Below, one piece after another: positions 45,765 through 57,373 of a DNA stretch of 64,000 bases. Each line of letters begins with the position of its first letter. Position 1 is the stretch's first letter. This DNA comes from Candidatus Dasytiphilus stammeri (lineage in GTDB: Bacteria > Pseudomonadota > Gammaproteobacteria > Enterobacterales > Enterobacteriaceae): contig JBAPLR010000003.1 in NCBI GenBank assembly GCA_037083745.1, forward strand, positions 5,689-69,688, written 5' to 3'. The notes under the pieces were generated by a model. That model saw nothing but the letters and a program-made list of their open reading frames with translations. It searched no databases and was not told the origin of the DNA. The position numbers and the translations under genes were made by a program.

Positions 45765-45890
45765 AATTTTTGTTCTCTTTTGTGCGGTCCGCAGATATTA
45801 ATCATTAGTAACAATATACTAAGTATCTTAGCTGTGATATCATTATCGATAATAATTTCATATTTTACTTACTACTAAGAGACGAATTTT

Positions 45891-46397
45891 ATGGCCCCTC
45901 TGCAGTTATTAATGTATCCGGATCAGCGTCTGCGAACAATTGCCCGGCGCGTAATAAAAATAAATCAAGATATCCTGCGAATTGCGGAAAATATGTTGAA
46001 TCTTATGTACACAGAAAATGGGATAGGTTTAGCTGCTACACAAGTTGATATTCATCAACAAATTATTGTTATTGATATATCAGAAAAAAAAAATAAACCT
46101 TTAGTCCTTATTAACCCCGTCTTGTTAGAAAAAGAAGGTCAGATTAGTATTGAAGAAGGATGTTTATCTATTCCTGAACAGAAGGCTTTTATTCCCCGGG
46201 CTCAAAAGGTTACTATTAGTACTTTAAGTATCACAGGAGATCCTTGTGTGATAAAAGCAAATAATTTATTAGCTATTTGTATTCAACATGAAATGGATCA
46301 TCTTTTAGGAAAGATATTTATTGATTATCTATCTCCAATTAAGCAGAAGAAAATTTTTAATAAATTAAAAAAAAATAACTTTTTTATGAAAAAATAA
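45891..46397 (+). CDS. def: Peptide deformylase
   Basis: [16 protein letters not shown] and QHEMDHL are the three deformylase motifs. It contains an in-frame A10 tract (46084-46093). Confidence 0.92.
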   Translation: MAPLQLLMYPDQRLRTIARRVIKINQDILRIAENMLNLMYTENGIGLAATQVDIHQQIIVIDISEKKNKPLVLINPVLLEKEGQISIEEGCLSIPEQKAFIPRAQKVTISTLSITGDPCVIKANNLLAICIQHEMDHLLGKIFIDYLSPIKQKKIFNKLKKNNFFMKK

Positions 46398-46429
46398 AGA
46401 TAAAATTTAAAAAATTATCTCTAATTTAA

Positions 46430-47383
46430 ATGTCTAATTTTTTAAAAGTAATTTTTGCCGGAACTCCAGAGTTTGCTGCTAGTCAGCTATCCGTTATTCT
46501 CTCTAAACATCTCGTGGTAGGAGTTTTAACCAAACCCGATAGAGCGGTAGGTCGAGGTCAACAAGTAACTTGTAATCCCGTAAAAAAAATAGCACTTAAA
46601 CATAATATTGCTGTTTTTCAGCCTGGTAATATTAATCAGGAAACATTGCCCCAACAACTTTCTGCACTTAATGCTGATATTATGGTAGTAGTAGCTTATG
46701 GTACAAAATTACCTAAGAATCTACTGAATATTACCCGTTTAGGGTCTATAAACCTGCACTGTTCTCTTTTACCGCGCTGGCGGGGCTCTTCACCAATACA
46801 GCAAGCTATTTTAGCGGGAGACCTGTATACGGGAGTAACTATTATCCAAATGAAGGATACAATTGATAGTGGAGATATTCTGAATCAAATTTCTTGTCCC
46901 ATTGATTCTCTCGATACTAGTGACACCCTTTTAAAGAAATTATCTTTTCTGGGAACCAGAAGTCTATTATCGACGTTAGAACAGTTCGTCCACAATACTA
47001 TATCTCCAACAAAGCAAATTGAATTAAGGGCCACTTATGCAAAAAAAATTGGTAAAGAAGAAGCATATATAGACTGGAAACTATCTGCTTGTGAAATAGA
47101 ACGTCGTATTAGAGCTTTTAATCCATGGCCAGGATCCTTTTTTATTATTAATGGAAAATATATTAAAGTATGGAAAGCTTCCATATTGTGGTCATATTTT
47201 GATGAGTGTCAATATCAACCGGGTGAAATATTACATGTTAGTAACAATGGTATAAAAATTGCTACCGGAAAAGCAATATTAAATATAGAAAAATTACAAT
47301 TAGCGGGGAAAAAATCTATGTTAGTGGGTGAATTTCTCAAAGCCCGTCAACACTGGTTTCGTCGCGGATTAATTATAGGATAA
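46430..47383 (+). CDS. fmt: Methionyl-tRNA formyltransferase
   Basis: VIFAGTPEFAA, INLHCSLLPRWRGSSPIQQAILAGD and the def-fmt operon context support the call. Confidence 0.92.
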   Translation: MSNFLKVIFAGTPEFAASQLSVILSKHLVVGVLTKPDRAVGRGQQVTCNPVKKIALKHNIAVFQPGNINQETLPQQLSALNADIMVVVAYGTKLPKNLLNITRLGSINLHCSLLPRWRGSSPIQQAILAGDLYTGVTIIQMKDTIDSGDILNQISCPIDSLDTSDTLLKKLSFLGTRSLLSTLEQFVHNTISPTKQIELRATYAKKIGKEEAYIDWKLSACEIERRIRAFNPWPGSFFIINGKYIKVWKASILWSYFDECQYQPGEILHVSNNGIKIATGKAILNIEKLQLAGKKSMLVGEFLKARQHWFRRGLIIG

Positions 47384-47667
47384 ATAATTATTATCCTTGG
47401 ATAATAATCCGTTCATATATCTGACAAGTACATTATTGAGATAATCTTTGAAGTCTCGGATCAATAAGAAAATTACGCAGTTCATAGTCAAACCTCCAAA
47501 AAAAAATTTGGAATAACATTAATAATATTAATACTCAATAAGATTGATTATTTATATCTATCAACCAAGTAAAATTATTTTTTGATTTTTAATCTAAAAT
47601 ATTTTAACTGTAATACTCTAACATATATGTTGTGACAATAAATTTTTATAAAAAAAATTATCAGAAA

Positions 47668-47823
47668 ATGAAAGAATTAGGAGATAAATTTATCATAAAT
47701 AATATCAAAATAGAATGTCCCCGATGTGGTAAAAAAATTTTTTGGGAACCAAAGGAAACTTTTCGTCCGTTTTGTAGTAAACGATGTAAAAATAGTGATT
47801 TAGAACACTGGGTGCTAGAATAA
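47668..47823 (+). CDS. yacG: DNA gyrase inhibitor YacG (zinc ribbon)
   Basis: [32 protein letters not shown] matches E. coli [32 protein letters not shown]. It is convergent with secA. ATG start chosen; the ORF-track GTG start at 47632 adds 12 codons. Confidence 0.8.
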   Translation: [51 protein letters not shown]

Positions 47824-47846
47824 AAAATATTGGTGGACATAGATTT

Positions 47847-50507
47847 CTATCTCACCAAATAAAATTTTCGTCCGTGACATTTTTTATATTTTTTCTGTGA
47901 GCCACAAGGACAGAGTTGATTAGGTCCTATTTTTTTGATTGGAGCAATATTCTCACTTTGTTCTGATGAAGTAGACGAGAGTAGTGATAAGGATATTGTT
48001 TCAGAAAAAGGTTCTAAGTGATTAAAGTTCATTTTATAAAGTCTACTGACTACCTCATATTTCATGGTTTCTAGTAAAGTAGCAAACATAGCAAATGATT
48101 CCCGTTTATATTCTTGCATCGGATCTTTTTGCGCATAACCACGTAAATGAATGCCTTGACGTAGATAATCCATAGCAGCTAAATGTTCTTTCCACAGAGT
48201 ATCTAATGTTTGTAACATTATATTTTTTTCTAAATTACACATTTTTTCTGGGCTAACTATTAATTTTTTATTGTCATATATTTTCTGCGCATGAAAAATA
48301 ATTTTTTCACTTATTTCGGTTACGATAATTTTATCATCCTTTTTGATCCATTCAGTGATAGGAAAATCAAGATTAAAATCTCTCTTAAGTAGATCTTCTA
48401 ATCCAGTAATATTACAGAATTCTTTTAAACAGTTCGCAGGAATATGTCGATTAATAATCGATCTGAACACATCTTCAAATATCCGGTCTATTGTAATACT
48501 TATTGCCGGGTTGGCCAGTAACTCATTCCGCTGCGCATAAATCACTTGTCTTTGATCGTTATCCACATTATCGTATTCTAATACCTGTTTACGCAAATCA
48601 AAATTTCGACCTTCCACTTTACATTGAGCATGAGCAATAGCTTTAGTTACCCAAGGATGTTCTATAGCCTCTCCCGCTTTAATTCCTAATTTCCGCATTA
48701 TTCCTACTAGACGATCGGAAGCAAAAATTCGCATCAAGCTATCTTCCAGCGAGAGGTAAAATCTGGAAGATCCAGGATCTCCCTGTCTGCCTGCACGACC
48801 TCTGAGCTGATTATCAATTCTCCGAGACTCATGACGTTCAGTCCCTATAATATGTAGTCCTCCTGCTTCTACAACTGCATTATGGCGTTCTTGCCAAGCT
48901 TGCTTAATAATATTAATTTTAGCTGGATTATTAATAATTTTAGATTGTAAACTACCTCCTAGAACAATATCTGTGCCCCGACCCGCCATATTAGTAGCTA
49001 TAGTTACTGAAGACGGTTGTCCCGCTTGTGCAATTATCTCAGCTTCATGAGCATGAAATTTAGCGTTTAATACCTTATGTTTTATGCCGGCTCTACTAAG
49101 AGCTCGAGAGATAGTCTCTGATTTTTCAATAGAAATAGTTCCTACCAACACCGGTTGACCTTGAGTAATTCTAAATTTTAAATCCTGAATTATTGCTTCA
49201 ATCTTTTCTTTTTCACTTAGATATACCAGATCAGGTAAATCTTTACGTATCATCTTCCTGTTAGGAGGAATAACAATAGTATCTAATTGATAAATAGAAC
49301 GAAATTCAAAGGCTTCTGTATCAGCAGTACCAGTCATGCCCGCTAATTTAGTATATAATCGAAAGTAATTCTGAAAAGTAATAGATGCCATAGTTTGATT
49401 TTCATTTTTAATTTTTACTTCTTCTTTAGCTTCTATTGCTTGGTGTAAACCTTCGGACCAACGACGCCCGGTCATAGTACGTCCCGTATGTTCATCTACA
49501 ATGACTACCTCTTCATCTTTCACAAGATAATCTCTATTACGAATAAATAATGTATGTGCACGCAGAGCCGACGTTACATGCTGCATTAAGATTATATTGG
49601 AGGGTGAATAAAGTGACTCTTCTATTTTCATTAGTCCTTCCCTCACTAAAAGTTCTTCTATTAAAATTAGTCCCCGTTCTGTTAAATATACCTGTCTAGT
49701 TTTTTCATCTACCGAAAAATGACCTTGTCCTTGGTAAGAATCAGAATCTTCTTTTTCTTGTTGGATTAAGTAGGGAATTAAATTATTAACTTGGACATAT
49801 AGATCTGAGCGATTATTTTCCATTGGACCAGAAATAATTAAAGGAGTGCGAGCTTCATCAATTAGGATGGAATCTACTTCATCTACTAAAGCATACGACA
49901 GTAGTCTCTGGACCTGATTTTGAGTACTAAATGACATATTATCCCGTAAGTAATCAAAACCATATTCATTATTCGTACCATAAGTAATATCCGCAGCGTA
50001 AGCGGACTTTTTTTCTGCTGTGTTCATTCCCGGTAAGTTAAGTCCTATAGTGATTCCTAGAAATTCAAATAGAGGACGATTAGTATCAGCATCTCTTTGT
50101 GCTAGATAATCATTCACTGTTACAATATGTACTCCTTTTCCAGGGAGAGCATTTAAATAAGCCGGAAGAGTTGCTGTAAATGTTTTTCCTTCACCAGTTC
50201 GCATTTCCGCAATACACCCATTATTTAAAACTATTCCACCAAGCAACTGAACATCAAAATGACGCATATTCAATACCCGTTTACTAGCTTCCCTTACAGT
50301 CGCAAAAGCTTCCGGTAAAATATTTTCTAGTTTTTCACCTTCCTCCAGGCGTTCTCTAAATAACTTAGTATTTTCTTTTAATGACTTATCAGAAAGCTTA
50401 GAGTATTTTTTTTCTAAGTTGTTAATGCAGGCGACTAATTTGGTCATGCGCAATATTATTCGATCATTTCTGCTGCCAAAAATTTTTTTTAATATCTGTA
50501 ATAACAT
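47847..50507 (-). CDS. secA: Preprotein translocase ATPase SecA
   Basis: [55 protein letters not shown] and [10 protein letters not shown] match SecA. The C-terminal zinc motif is [14 protein letters not shown]. Confidence 0.95.
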   Translation of the reverse strand: MLLQILKKIFGSRNDRIILRMTKLVACINNLEKKYSKLSDKSLKENTKLFRERLEEGEKLENILPEAFATVREASKRVLNMRHFDVQLLGGIVLNNGCIAEMRTGEGKTFTATLPAYLNALPGKGVHIVTVNDYLAQRDADTNRPLFEFLGITIGLNLPGMNTAEKKSAYAADITYGTNNEYGFDYLRDNMSFSTQNQVQRLLSYALVDEVDSILIDEARTPLIISGPMENNRSDLYVQVNNLIPYLIQQEKEDSDSYQGQGHFSVDEKTRQVYLTERGLILIEELLVREGLMKIEESLYSPSNIILMQHVTSALRAHTLFIRNRDYLVKDEEVVIVDEHTGRTMTGRRWSEGLHQAIEAKEEVKIKNENQTMASITFQNYFRLYTKLAGMTGTADTEAFEFRSIYQLDTIVIPPNRKMIRKDLPDLVYLSEKEKIEAIIQDLKFRITQGQPVLVGTISIEKSETISRALSRAGIKHKVLNAKFHAHEAEIIAQAGQPSSVTIATNMAGRGTDIVLGGSLQSKIINNPAKINIIKQAWQERHNAVVEAGGLHIIGTERHESRRIDNQLRGRAGRQGDPGSSRFYLSLEDSLMRIFASDRLVGIMRKLGIKAGEAIEHPWVTKAIAHAQCKVEGRNFDLRKQVLEYDNVDNDQRQVIYAQRNELLANPAISITIDRIFEDVFRSIINRHIPANCLKEFCNITGLEDLLKRDFNLDFPITEWIKKDDKIIVTEISEKIIFHAQKIYDNKKLIVSPEKMCNLEKNIMLQTLDTLWKEHLAAMDYLRQGIHLRGYAQKDPMQEYKRESFAMFATLLETMKYEVVSRLYKMNFNHLEPFSETISLSLLSSTSSEQSENIAPIKKIGPNQLCPCGSQKKYKKCHGRKFYLVR

Positions 50508-50728
50508 AGTGAATTAATTCTCTTTATTCTTACTTATGTTTTACTCATCTTTTTTCATCAATGTCATATAAATTTTATTATAATATTTCTGAAAAACGTT
50601 ATATACTGAGAAAATTTCCATTCTTAGGAAAGAAATTCATTCTTAATGAAGTTAAAAATTATTTTTTATTCTCTAATCAATATTAGATTGTAAAATTATC
50701 AACTCCGATTATTAATGGAATATATTTT

Positions 50729-51211
50729 ATGAGATATAGTGCTCCATGTACCCTAAAAAATATTTTTGATAATGCTTGCGATCATAGTATGCTCAAATTT
50801 TTACAGAAAAAATCTGCCCAATTAATTTATTTAGATCAGGTAGTAAAATCCGCCCTTCCATTACATTTACATTCTTGGTGTCGCGTGATAAACTTCCATC
50901 AAGGAAGATTATCTCTAGCATTTGCTAATGCTCCCGCAATGAACAGATTACGTTATGAACAACGAATTTTAGTTTCCCTTTTACAATCCCTAATTCCATC
51001 ATTAATAGGAATTGATCTCAGTATTAATCCTTCATTGCCGATTACCAATAATTATCTGTGCTCCACATATTCATCATCATTCAACAAAAATATAATATTA
51101 TCGCGAACCATAAGTCATCAAAGTGCGGCAATATTGCGTAAAGTAGCTATCAAATGTCCGGAAAAAATAAAATCTGCATTAGAAAGATTAGCATCCTTGG
51201 CAACAGACTAA
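50729..51211 (+). CDS. DUF721/DciA-like protein (putative ancestral replicative-helicase operator)
   Basis: The core LPLHLHSWCRVINFHQGRLSLAFANAPAMNRLRYEQRILVSLLQ fits my recollection of the gammaproteobacterial DUF721 pattern (..HC.V.....G.L.L......WATRLRY....L...L). The location next to secA, on the opposite strand, is where non-enteric gammaproteobacteria carry this gene. No search was run. Confidence 0.5.
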   Translation: MRYSAPCTLKNIFDNACDHSMLKFLQKKSAQLIYLDQVVKSALPLHLHSWCRVINFHQGRLSLAFANAPAMNRLRYEQRILVSLLQSLIPSLIGIDLSINPSLPITNNYLCSTYSSSFNKNIILSRTISHQSAAILRKVAIKCPEKIKSALERLASLATD

Positions 51212-51223
51212 CTAGGTGATTAA

Positions 51224-52198
51224 TTATCTATCTCTCCTTATTGAGATATTACGCATATCCTCAGATATCGGGTTCTTAAGATCAGCTAAATTAAGAATTT
51301 CTACTAATAATTGAGAAAAATTACAACCTATCTGTTTTGCGGCCATAGGTACTAAACTCTGACTAGTCATACCGGGAGATGTATTTACTTCGAGTAAATA
51401 AAATTTACCATCATTTTGCATGATATCAATCCTACCGCATCCACTACAACCTAAAATTTTCCATGCTTTCATTACCAGCTGATTAAAATAACATTGTTGT
51501 TCACTGGATAAACCACTAGGACAAAAATATTGAGTGTTAGATGAGCAATATTTAGCTCTGTAGTCATAAACTAGACCGGCGTACTTAATACGAATCTCGG
51601 GTAAAATTCGATCTCCTAAAATAACAGCCGTGTATTCAGGACCACTAAGCCATTTTTCTACTAATACCGTATTATCATAATAAAATGCTTGTTTTAAGGC
51701 TAATGAAAGTTCCTTAATATGATTAACTTTTGTAATTCCTAAACTTGATCCTTCATGAATAGGTTTTACTATCACGGGCATAGATAAATTTAATATCTCA
51801 TCTTTTATATTACGATTTAAATAACCTTTGATAAATGCAGATTTATTAATCGTTATCCAAGGAGCTACTGGTAATCCAATTCTTTCCCATACTAACTTAG
51901 TATGTAACTTATTTAGACTAATAGCAGAAGCTTTAATACCACTTCCAGTATAAGGAATTCTTAAGTATTCTAGCATACTTTGCAAAACTCCATCTTCTCC
52001 TCCACGTCCATGAAGAGCAATAAATACTTTCTGGAATCCATCATTTTTAAGATTAATTAGGGGATAAGATTTAATATCTATTGCAGAGGCACTAATACCA
52101 GCATCTTTAAGACCGCTGATTATTGCTTGGCCCGATAGCAAAGATACTTCTCTCTCGGCGGAGTTTCCGCCTAATAATACTGCAATTTTATCACCCAT
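51224..52198 (-). CDS. ddlB: D-alanine--D-alanine ligase
   Basis: [41 protein letters not shown] and [20 protein letters not shown] match DdlB. It has a short C-terminal extension relative to E. coli. Confidence 0.92.
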   Translation of the reverse strand: MGDKIAVLLGGNSAEREVSLLSGQAIISGLKDAGISASAIDIKSYPLINLKNDGFQKVFIALHGRGGEDGVLQSMLEYLRIPYTGSGIKASAISLNKLHTKLVWERIGLPVAPWITINKSAFIKGYLNRNIKDEILNLSMPVIVKPIHEGSSLGITKVNHIKELSLALKQAFYYDNTVLVEKWLSGPEYTAVILGDRILPEIRIKYAGLVYDYRAKYCSSNTQYFCPSGLSSEQQCYFNQLVMKAWKILGCSGCGRIDIMQNDGKFYLLEVNTSPGMTSQSLVPMAAKQIGCNFSQLLVEILNLADLKNPISEDMRNISIRRDR

Positions 52199-52233
52199 CC
52201 AATTAATTCCTGTTGTTATAAAAATATAGAAAA

Positions 52234-53694
52234 TTATTTAGTTCTGTTTAATAAGTTAGTAATAAGAAGATCAGCTATTTCTCTTATATTTCCCGCACCC
52301 TGAATTAAAACTAGATCATTATTCTTCAATAATGAAGATAGCAAATTTATCAGAGTAGAATGTGTGGATACAAAAATGGCTTTTATTTGCTTATTCAGAC
52401 TATTAATAGAATGACAGAGGGCATTACTATTAGCTCCGTTAATGGGAGTTTCACCCGCAGAATAAACTTCTAATAAGAAGAGAATATCTAATTGGGAGAG
52501 TACCGAAACAAAGTCATTATAGAGATTACGCGTTCTCGTGTAACGATGGGGTTGAAATATCATTACTAGTCTTTTTTGAGGCCAGCTTATACGAACCGTT
52601 TGAATAGTGGCCGCTAATTCCGTAGGATGATGTCCATAATCATCTACTATTAACACACTCCCTGCTTTACCATTAAACTGGTGAAGAAAAAATTCACCAA
52701 TAAAATCAAATCTGCGCAGTGTACCCGGATAATAGGAGAGGGATTGTAAAATAACCGAATCAGCTATTCCTTCTTCGGTAGCTACAGCAACAGCAGCCGC
52801 TGCATTAAGTGCATTGTGACGTCCTGGCGTATTTAAACATATGGAAAAATTCGTTTTATTTTTACGTAATAAAAGAAAATAACTTTTAAGAATTTTTTGT
52901 TGATAATGAGTAATCCTAATGTCAGCATCTTCACTGAATCCATACGTTGTAATTTTGATGGTACGCTTAATCTCTGGCCAAATATGTCTAATCAAGATAT
53001 TATCGACGCATATAATTATATGCCCAGAATCCGGTAAATTATTCAAAAACTTTATAAAAGTTACTTTAAGATTGGATAATTCTCCTTTATAAGTATCCAT
53101 ATGTTCAGTATCAATGTTAGTAATGACTGCTACCATGGGTCGTAAATATAAAAAAGAAGCATCACTTTCATCAGCTTCCAATATTAGATATTTACTAGCT
53201 CCTAAATGAGCGGATGTTCCTGTCGCCTTCAATATTCCCCCATTAATAAATGTGGGATCTAATCCTGCTTGGGTGTATATAGTAGCTAATAGAGCAGTAG
53301 TAGTAGTTTTACCATGGGATCCAGCAACCGCAATACTATATCGATTACGCATTAACTCGGAGAGCATTTGTGCTCGTCTTATTACAGGGATATGTGCTTC
53401 ATAAGCAGCCCTTATCTCTGGATTATTATGATCAATAGCTGTGGAAATAACCACTATACATGCTTGTTGTACATGGGAGAAATCATGACTAAAATAAATA
53501 GTGACTCCTAGTGATATTAGGTGTTCTGTCATGGCATTGTGTTCCAGATCTGAGCCACTGATTAGATATCCTTCCCGTACTAGTATTTCCGCTAGAGATC
53601 CCATGCCCGAACCTCCGATACCTATAAAGTGGATAGATTTTTGTGATGATCTTAATAAAGTCCAATTTAAACGTAGATTTTGAAATTTAGACAA
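52234..53694 (-). CDS. murC: UDP-N-acetylmuramate--L-alanine ligase
   Basis: [44 protein letters not shown] and DDYGHHPTE match MurC. Confidence 0.92.
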   Translation of the reverse strand: MSKFQNLRLNWTLLRSSQKSIHFIGIGGSGMGSLAEILVREGYLISGSDLEHNAMTEHLISLGVTIYFSHDFSHVQQACIVVISTAIDHNNPEIRAAYEAHIPVIRRAQMLSELMRNRYSIAVAGSHGKTTTTALLATIYTQAGLDPTFINGGILKATGTSAHLGASKYLILEADESDASFLYLRPMVAVITNIDTEHMDTYKGELSNLKVTFIKFLNNLPDSGHIIICVDNILIRHIWPEIKRTIKITTYGFSEDADIRITHYQQKILKSYFLLLRKNKTNFSICLNTPGRHNALNAAAAVAVATEEGIADSVILQSLSYYPGTLRRFDFIGEFFLHQFNGKAGSVLIVDDYGHHPTELAATIQTVRISWPQKRLVMIFQPHRYTRTRNLYNDFVSVLSQLDILFLLEVYSAGETPINGANSNALCHSINSLNKQIKAIFVSTHSTLINLLSSLLKNNDLVLIQGAGNIREIADLLITNLLNRTK

Positions 53695-53761
53695 TGATTT
53701 TTGTAATTATTCCGTATTTGTTAATGACTGTTATTTCTAAGAAAAAAATAGTTATCTTTAC

Positions 53762-54835
53762 TTATGAGTAAGTAGCAGCTCTTTGGATTATATCAGCTAT
53801 TTTTTCGGTAGCATTCATAATTCCTATTGATCTTGCTAATAAAGCCATTCGTAAGAGTTGTCTTCGATCAAAAGATTCTAACATAGCAGCTACTCTCGAA
53901 GCTGTAAAATATGATTGCTTTATAATCTTAGCTGCACCAATATCTTCTAGCAATACTGCATTCCAGTATTGATGTTGATCTTTATGTGGAAAAGGTACAA
54001 AAATAGCCGCTAAACCTACCGCAGATATTTCACTTACAGTTAATGCCCCCGATCTACAAATAACTATATCAGCCCAACTATAAGCTTCTGCTATATCAGA
54101 AATAAATTCAGTAATTCTATATGAAGTTTTATATGTTTCTTGATACAATTTTATTGTTTGGGTTAAAAATAAGGATCCCACCTGATGCCATAAAGTAATT
54201 TTGGATCCCAAAATCATTGCAACTTGTGGAATAATATTATTTATTATTTTTGATCCTTGGCTCCCTCCCATTACTAATACTCTTAACGGACTATTTTCGC
54301 GACCTAAAAATCTGACTTCAGGTGAAGGAATAGTTCTAATTTCATTTCGAAGAGGATTACCTACTACCAGAGCATTATTTAAATCTCCTGGAAAACCCTG
54401 TAATACATATCGAGATATTTTGGCTAACCATCGGTTTGTTAATCCTGCAATACGATTTTGTTCATGTATAACTATGGGAATATCATATAACCAAGCTGCT
54501 AAAATTCCTGCAGCGGAAATATAACCTCCCATCCCTAATACTACATCCGGTTTCCAATTTTTAATTATATTAAAAGATTTAATTAGGGTACCTCCTAATT
54601 GGAGAAAACCAGGTAAGTAATACTTAAATTCTTTTTTTCTGATTAAATTCATATTAAGAATTTTAATATCAATATTATGTTGGGGCACTATCCTGGCTTC
54701 CATACGATCAGCTGACCCTATCCAGAGAATTTTCCATTGCTGCTTCATAAGATAGTGAGCTATTGCTATTCCCGGAAATATATGTCCGCCTGTTCCACCA
54801 CCTATTATTAATAATCGATAAGTCAATTCATTCAT
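53762..54835 (-). CDS. murG: Lipid II-forming N-acetylglucosaminyl transferase MurG
   Basis: IIGGGTGGHIFPGIAIAHYL, GMGGYIS, VMGGSQGS, RSGALTVSEI and HQYWNA match MurG. Confidence 0.92.
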   Translation of the reverse strand: MNELTYRLLIIGGGTGGHIFPGIAIAHYLMKQQWKILWIGSADRMEARIVPQHNIDIKILNMNLIRKKEFKYYLPGFLQLGGTLIKSFNIIKNWKPDVVLGMGGYISAAGILAAWLYDIPIVIHEQNRIAGLTNRWLAKISRYVLQGFPGDLNNALVVGNPLRNEIRTIPSPEVRFLGRENSPLRVLVMGGSQGSKIINNIIPQVAMILGSKITLWHQVGSLFLTQTIKLYQETYKTSYRITEFISDIAEAYSWADIVICRSGALTVSEISAVGLAAIFVPFPHKDQHQYWNAVLLEDIGAAKIIKQSYFTASRVAAMLESFDRRQLLRMALLARSIGIMNATEKIADIIQRAATYS

Positions 54836-54968
54836 AGATTTTTATCTATCTAATTTTCTTAGATATGTTGATGATTTTAATTATAGGATATAAATAGGAT
54901 CCTAGCCGCACTTAAAGGAAATAAAATATTATGTTGGAGAAAAAATTACTTAAATATGGCTCCTGTAA

Positions 54969-56284
54969 TTATCCTAACTCTTTAGCTAAAAAAGTAAATA
55001 TATTACCACGTTGACGAAAATTAGAATATTGATCTTGACTAGAGCAGGCAGGAGATAAAAGAACCGTATCCCCCGGCTTTAATTTCTTAGCAAGTAAGTA
55101 CATAGCTTCGATCATAGTATTTGTTTGTATTGTTATCTCGGGATATAATGTTGATAATAGATCTTTATCTCTGCCAAAGCAGTATACTTGTATTCGATCT
55201 TGTAAATACTCTTTAAGAGGACTAAAATCGGAAGATTTTCCATCTCCTCCCAAGAGTAAATAAATTATTCCGCTTCTTATTTTTCTAGTTAACTTCAGTG
55301 CAGCTATTGTACTCCCTACATTAGTAGCCTTAGAATCATTTATCCATTGAATCCTATTATTTTCCCAAATTAACTGATATCGATGCGGCAACCCAGTAAA
55401 ATTAGAAATAGTTTTTAAACTCACAGCCCGGGATACTCCTAACATGTCTGCTACTGCTAGGGCGGCTAAAACATTCATGTAATTATGCTCACCTAGTAAC
55501 CTGATATTCTTTGTATTTAACAATTTGTTACCATCTACATATAGACAAACACTACCCGACGAAGATTTATCTAGATAATAGTTACCTTTAGTACTGCCAA
55601 AACTTACATATTCTTGGAAAGAACTTCGTTTAGGGTGTGTGTTCTTATCTTCTGCATTATAAATACAAACGTCAGATTGTTCATAAATGCGTAATTTTGT
55701 ATCACGGTAATGATTAAATCCAAGAGGGTAACGATCTAGATGATCTTCACTAATATTTAAAATAGTTGCGGCTACAGTCTGCATACTCTGTATCGTTTCT
55801 AGTTGAAAACTAGAGATTTCTAATACATAAAGTTCATAGGGTTTGAGTAAAAGTTTAAGAGCTGGTAACCCAATATTACCCCCTAGCCCAGTATAATATC
55901 CATAAGAGCTAGCTATATCTGCAATTAAAGTGGACACAGTGGTTTTACCATTAGTACCAGTAATCGCCACAATAGGAAATCGAGCTTCTCGACAAAATAA
56001 TTCAATATCGCTGACTATTTCTATACCATTAGCTAATGCTTCTTGAAGAAATGGATGCATGATACTGATTCCCGGACTTAATACTATCATATCCGTGGAC
56101 TGTAACCATTTTCTGTTTAAAAAATCACAATATTCTACTTTTTTTGGTAACTTATTAACTTCGGGGAGATAAGATCTAGTATCTATCACGCGAGGTAATA
56201 GATCCCGCGATAAAAAAAAATCAATACATGAGAGTCCGGTTATCCCTATTCCAATTATGAGAATCTTTTTTTTTTATAATTCAT
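54969..56284 (-). CDS. murD: UDP-N-acetylmuramoylalanine--D-glutamate ligase MurD, out of register with its ATG because of an A10 tract
   Basis: The body (GTG 56189 downwards) has [11 protein letters not shown] and DSKATNVGS. The frame stays open upstream to 56273 and encodes KKKILIIGIGITGLSCIDFFLSRDLLPRV (E. coli [28 protein letters not shown]), but has no start codon. ATG 56284-56282 abuts the mraY stop and sits one frame away, across A10 (56266-56275). Confidence 0.85.
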
Positions 56285-57361
56285 TTAAGGTACCTTCACG
56301 AACGTTGATATTCCTATAAAAATCATTATTAAAGATAAAATCCAAAATCTTACGATAATCCGAGGTTCCGGACATCCTTTCAATTCATAATGATGATGTA
56401 GTGGAGCCATAAGAAAGAAGCGTGTTCCTCGTAATTTAAACCATCCGACTTGAATAATGACTGAAATAGTTTCTATAACAAATACTCCACCCATGATAAA
56501 TAACAATAATTTCTTTCGTAAGAGTACTGCAATTATTCCTAATAAACCTCCTAATGGCAGAGATCCAACATCTCCCATAAATATTTGAGCAGGATATGTA
56601 TTAAACCACAAAAAACCTAATCCTGCTCCCATAATGGCAGTACAAACTATTACTATTTCACTAGCATCCTGTAAGTAAGAAAGATGCAGATAACTTGCCA
56701 AAGTTACATTACCAGTCGCCCATGATATTAAAGCAAAACCGGAAGATACCAATACTAGGGGCATAATAGCTAATCCATCTAAGCCATCGGTGAGATTTAC
56801 CGCATTGCTCGTCCCAATAAGAACAAAATAAATCATTAAAAAATATATTATTTCCATGGAAGGAAAAAAATTACTTAAATCAGGATACATTATATTCTGT
56901 ATTGGAATTTTATTTTTATCAATCCACCATATCAATACAATTATTATACCTGTTATTATAGATTGCCAAAAATATTTCCATCGGGCACTTAACCCTTGGG
57001 TATTACGACGTGATAGTTTTCGGTAATCATCAATAAATCCTATAATTCCATAGCCTATTAATACAAATAATATACACCAAATATAAGAGTTAGATAACTG
57101 CGTCCAAAGTAATACGGTAAGGAGAATAGATATTAAAATTATCGTTCCTCCCATAGTAGGGGTACCGTACTTATTTAAATGAGTCTTAGGACCCTCCCTA
57201 CGGATAATTTGATTAAGATTTAATTTTTTTAATTTTTTTATAAATGCTGGCATCATAAAAATAGGAATAAAGAAGGCGGTCAGAAAACTAAAAATAGATC
57301 TAAAATTTAGAAAGGTGATATTTTCTCCATGTGTAATTTTGGTCAGTATCCAGAATAACAT
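56285..57361 (-). CDS. mraY: Phospho-N-acetylmuramoyl-pentapeptide transferase MraY
   Basis: It is a polytopic membrane protein with [32 protein letters not shown] and [11 protein letters not shown]. Confidence 0.93.
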   Translation of the reverse strand: MLFWILTKITHGENITFLNFRSIFSFLTAFFIPIFMMPAFIKKLKKLNLNQIIRREGPKTHLNKYGTPTMGGTIILISILLTVLLWTQLSNSYIWCILFVLIGYGIIGFIDDYRKLSRRNTQGLSARWKYFWQSIITGIIIVLIWWIDKNKIPIQNIMYPDLSNFFPSMEIIYFLMIYFVLIGTSNAVNLTDGLDGLAIMPLVLVSSGFALISWATGNVTLASYLHLSYLQDASEIVIVCTAIMGAGLGFLWFNTYPAQIFMGDVGSLPLGGLLGIIAVLLRKKLLLFIMGGVFVIETISVIIQVGWFKLRGTRFFLMAPLHHHYELKGCPEPRIIVRFWILSLIMIFIGISTFVKVP

Positions 57362-57373
57362 AAATGTTACTTA

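Noticed and set aside
47387-47408. A 10-bp perfect palindrome, ATTATTATCC-TT-GGATAATAAT, just after the fmt stop
   Set aside because: It could be a terminator or a protein-binding site. However, it is nearly all A-T, has a 2-nt loop and no T tract, so it is too weak to annotate.
56212-56220. An A9 run on the plus strand (T9 on the murD coding strand), first suspected to be a second murD frameshift
   Set aside because: Recounting codon by codon shows the frame runs straight through it (GAT TTT TTT TTA TCG = D F F L S). Only the A10 tract near the ATG disrupts murD.
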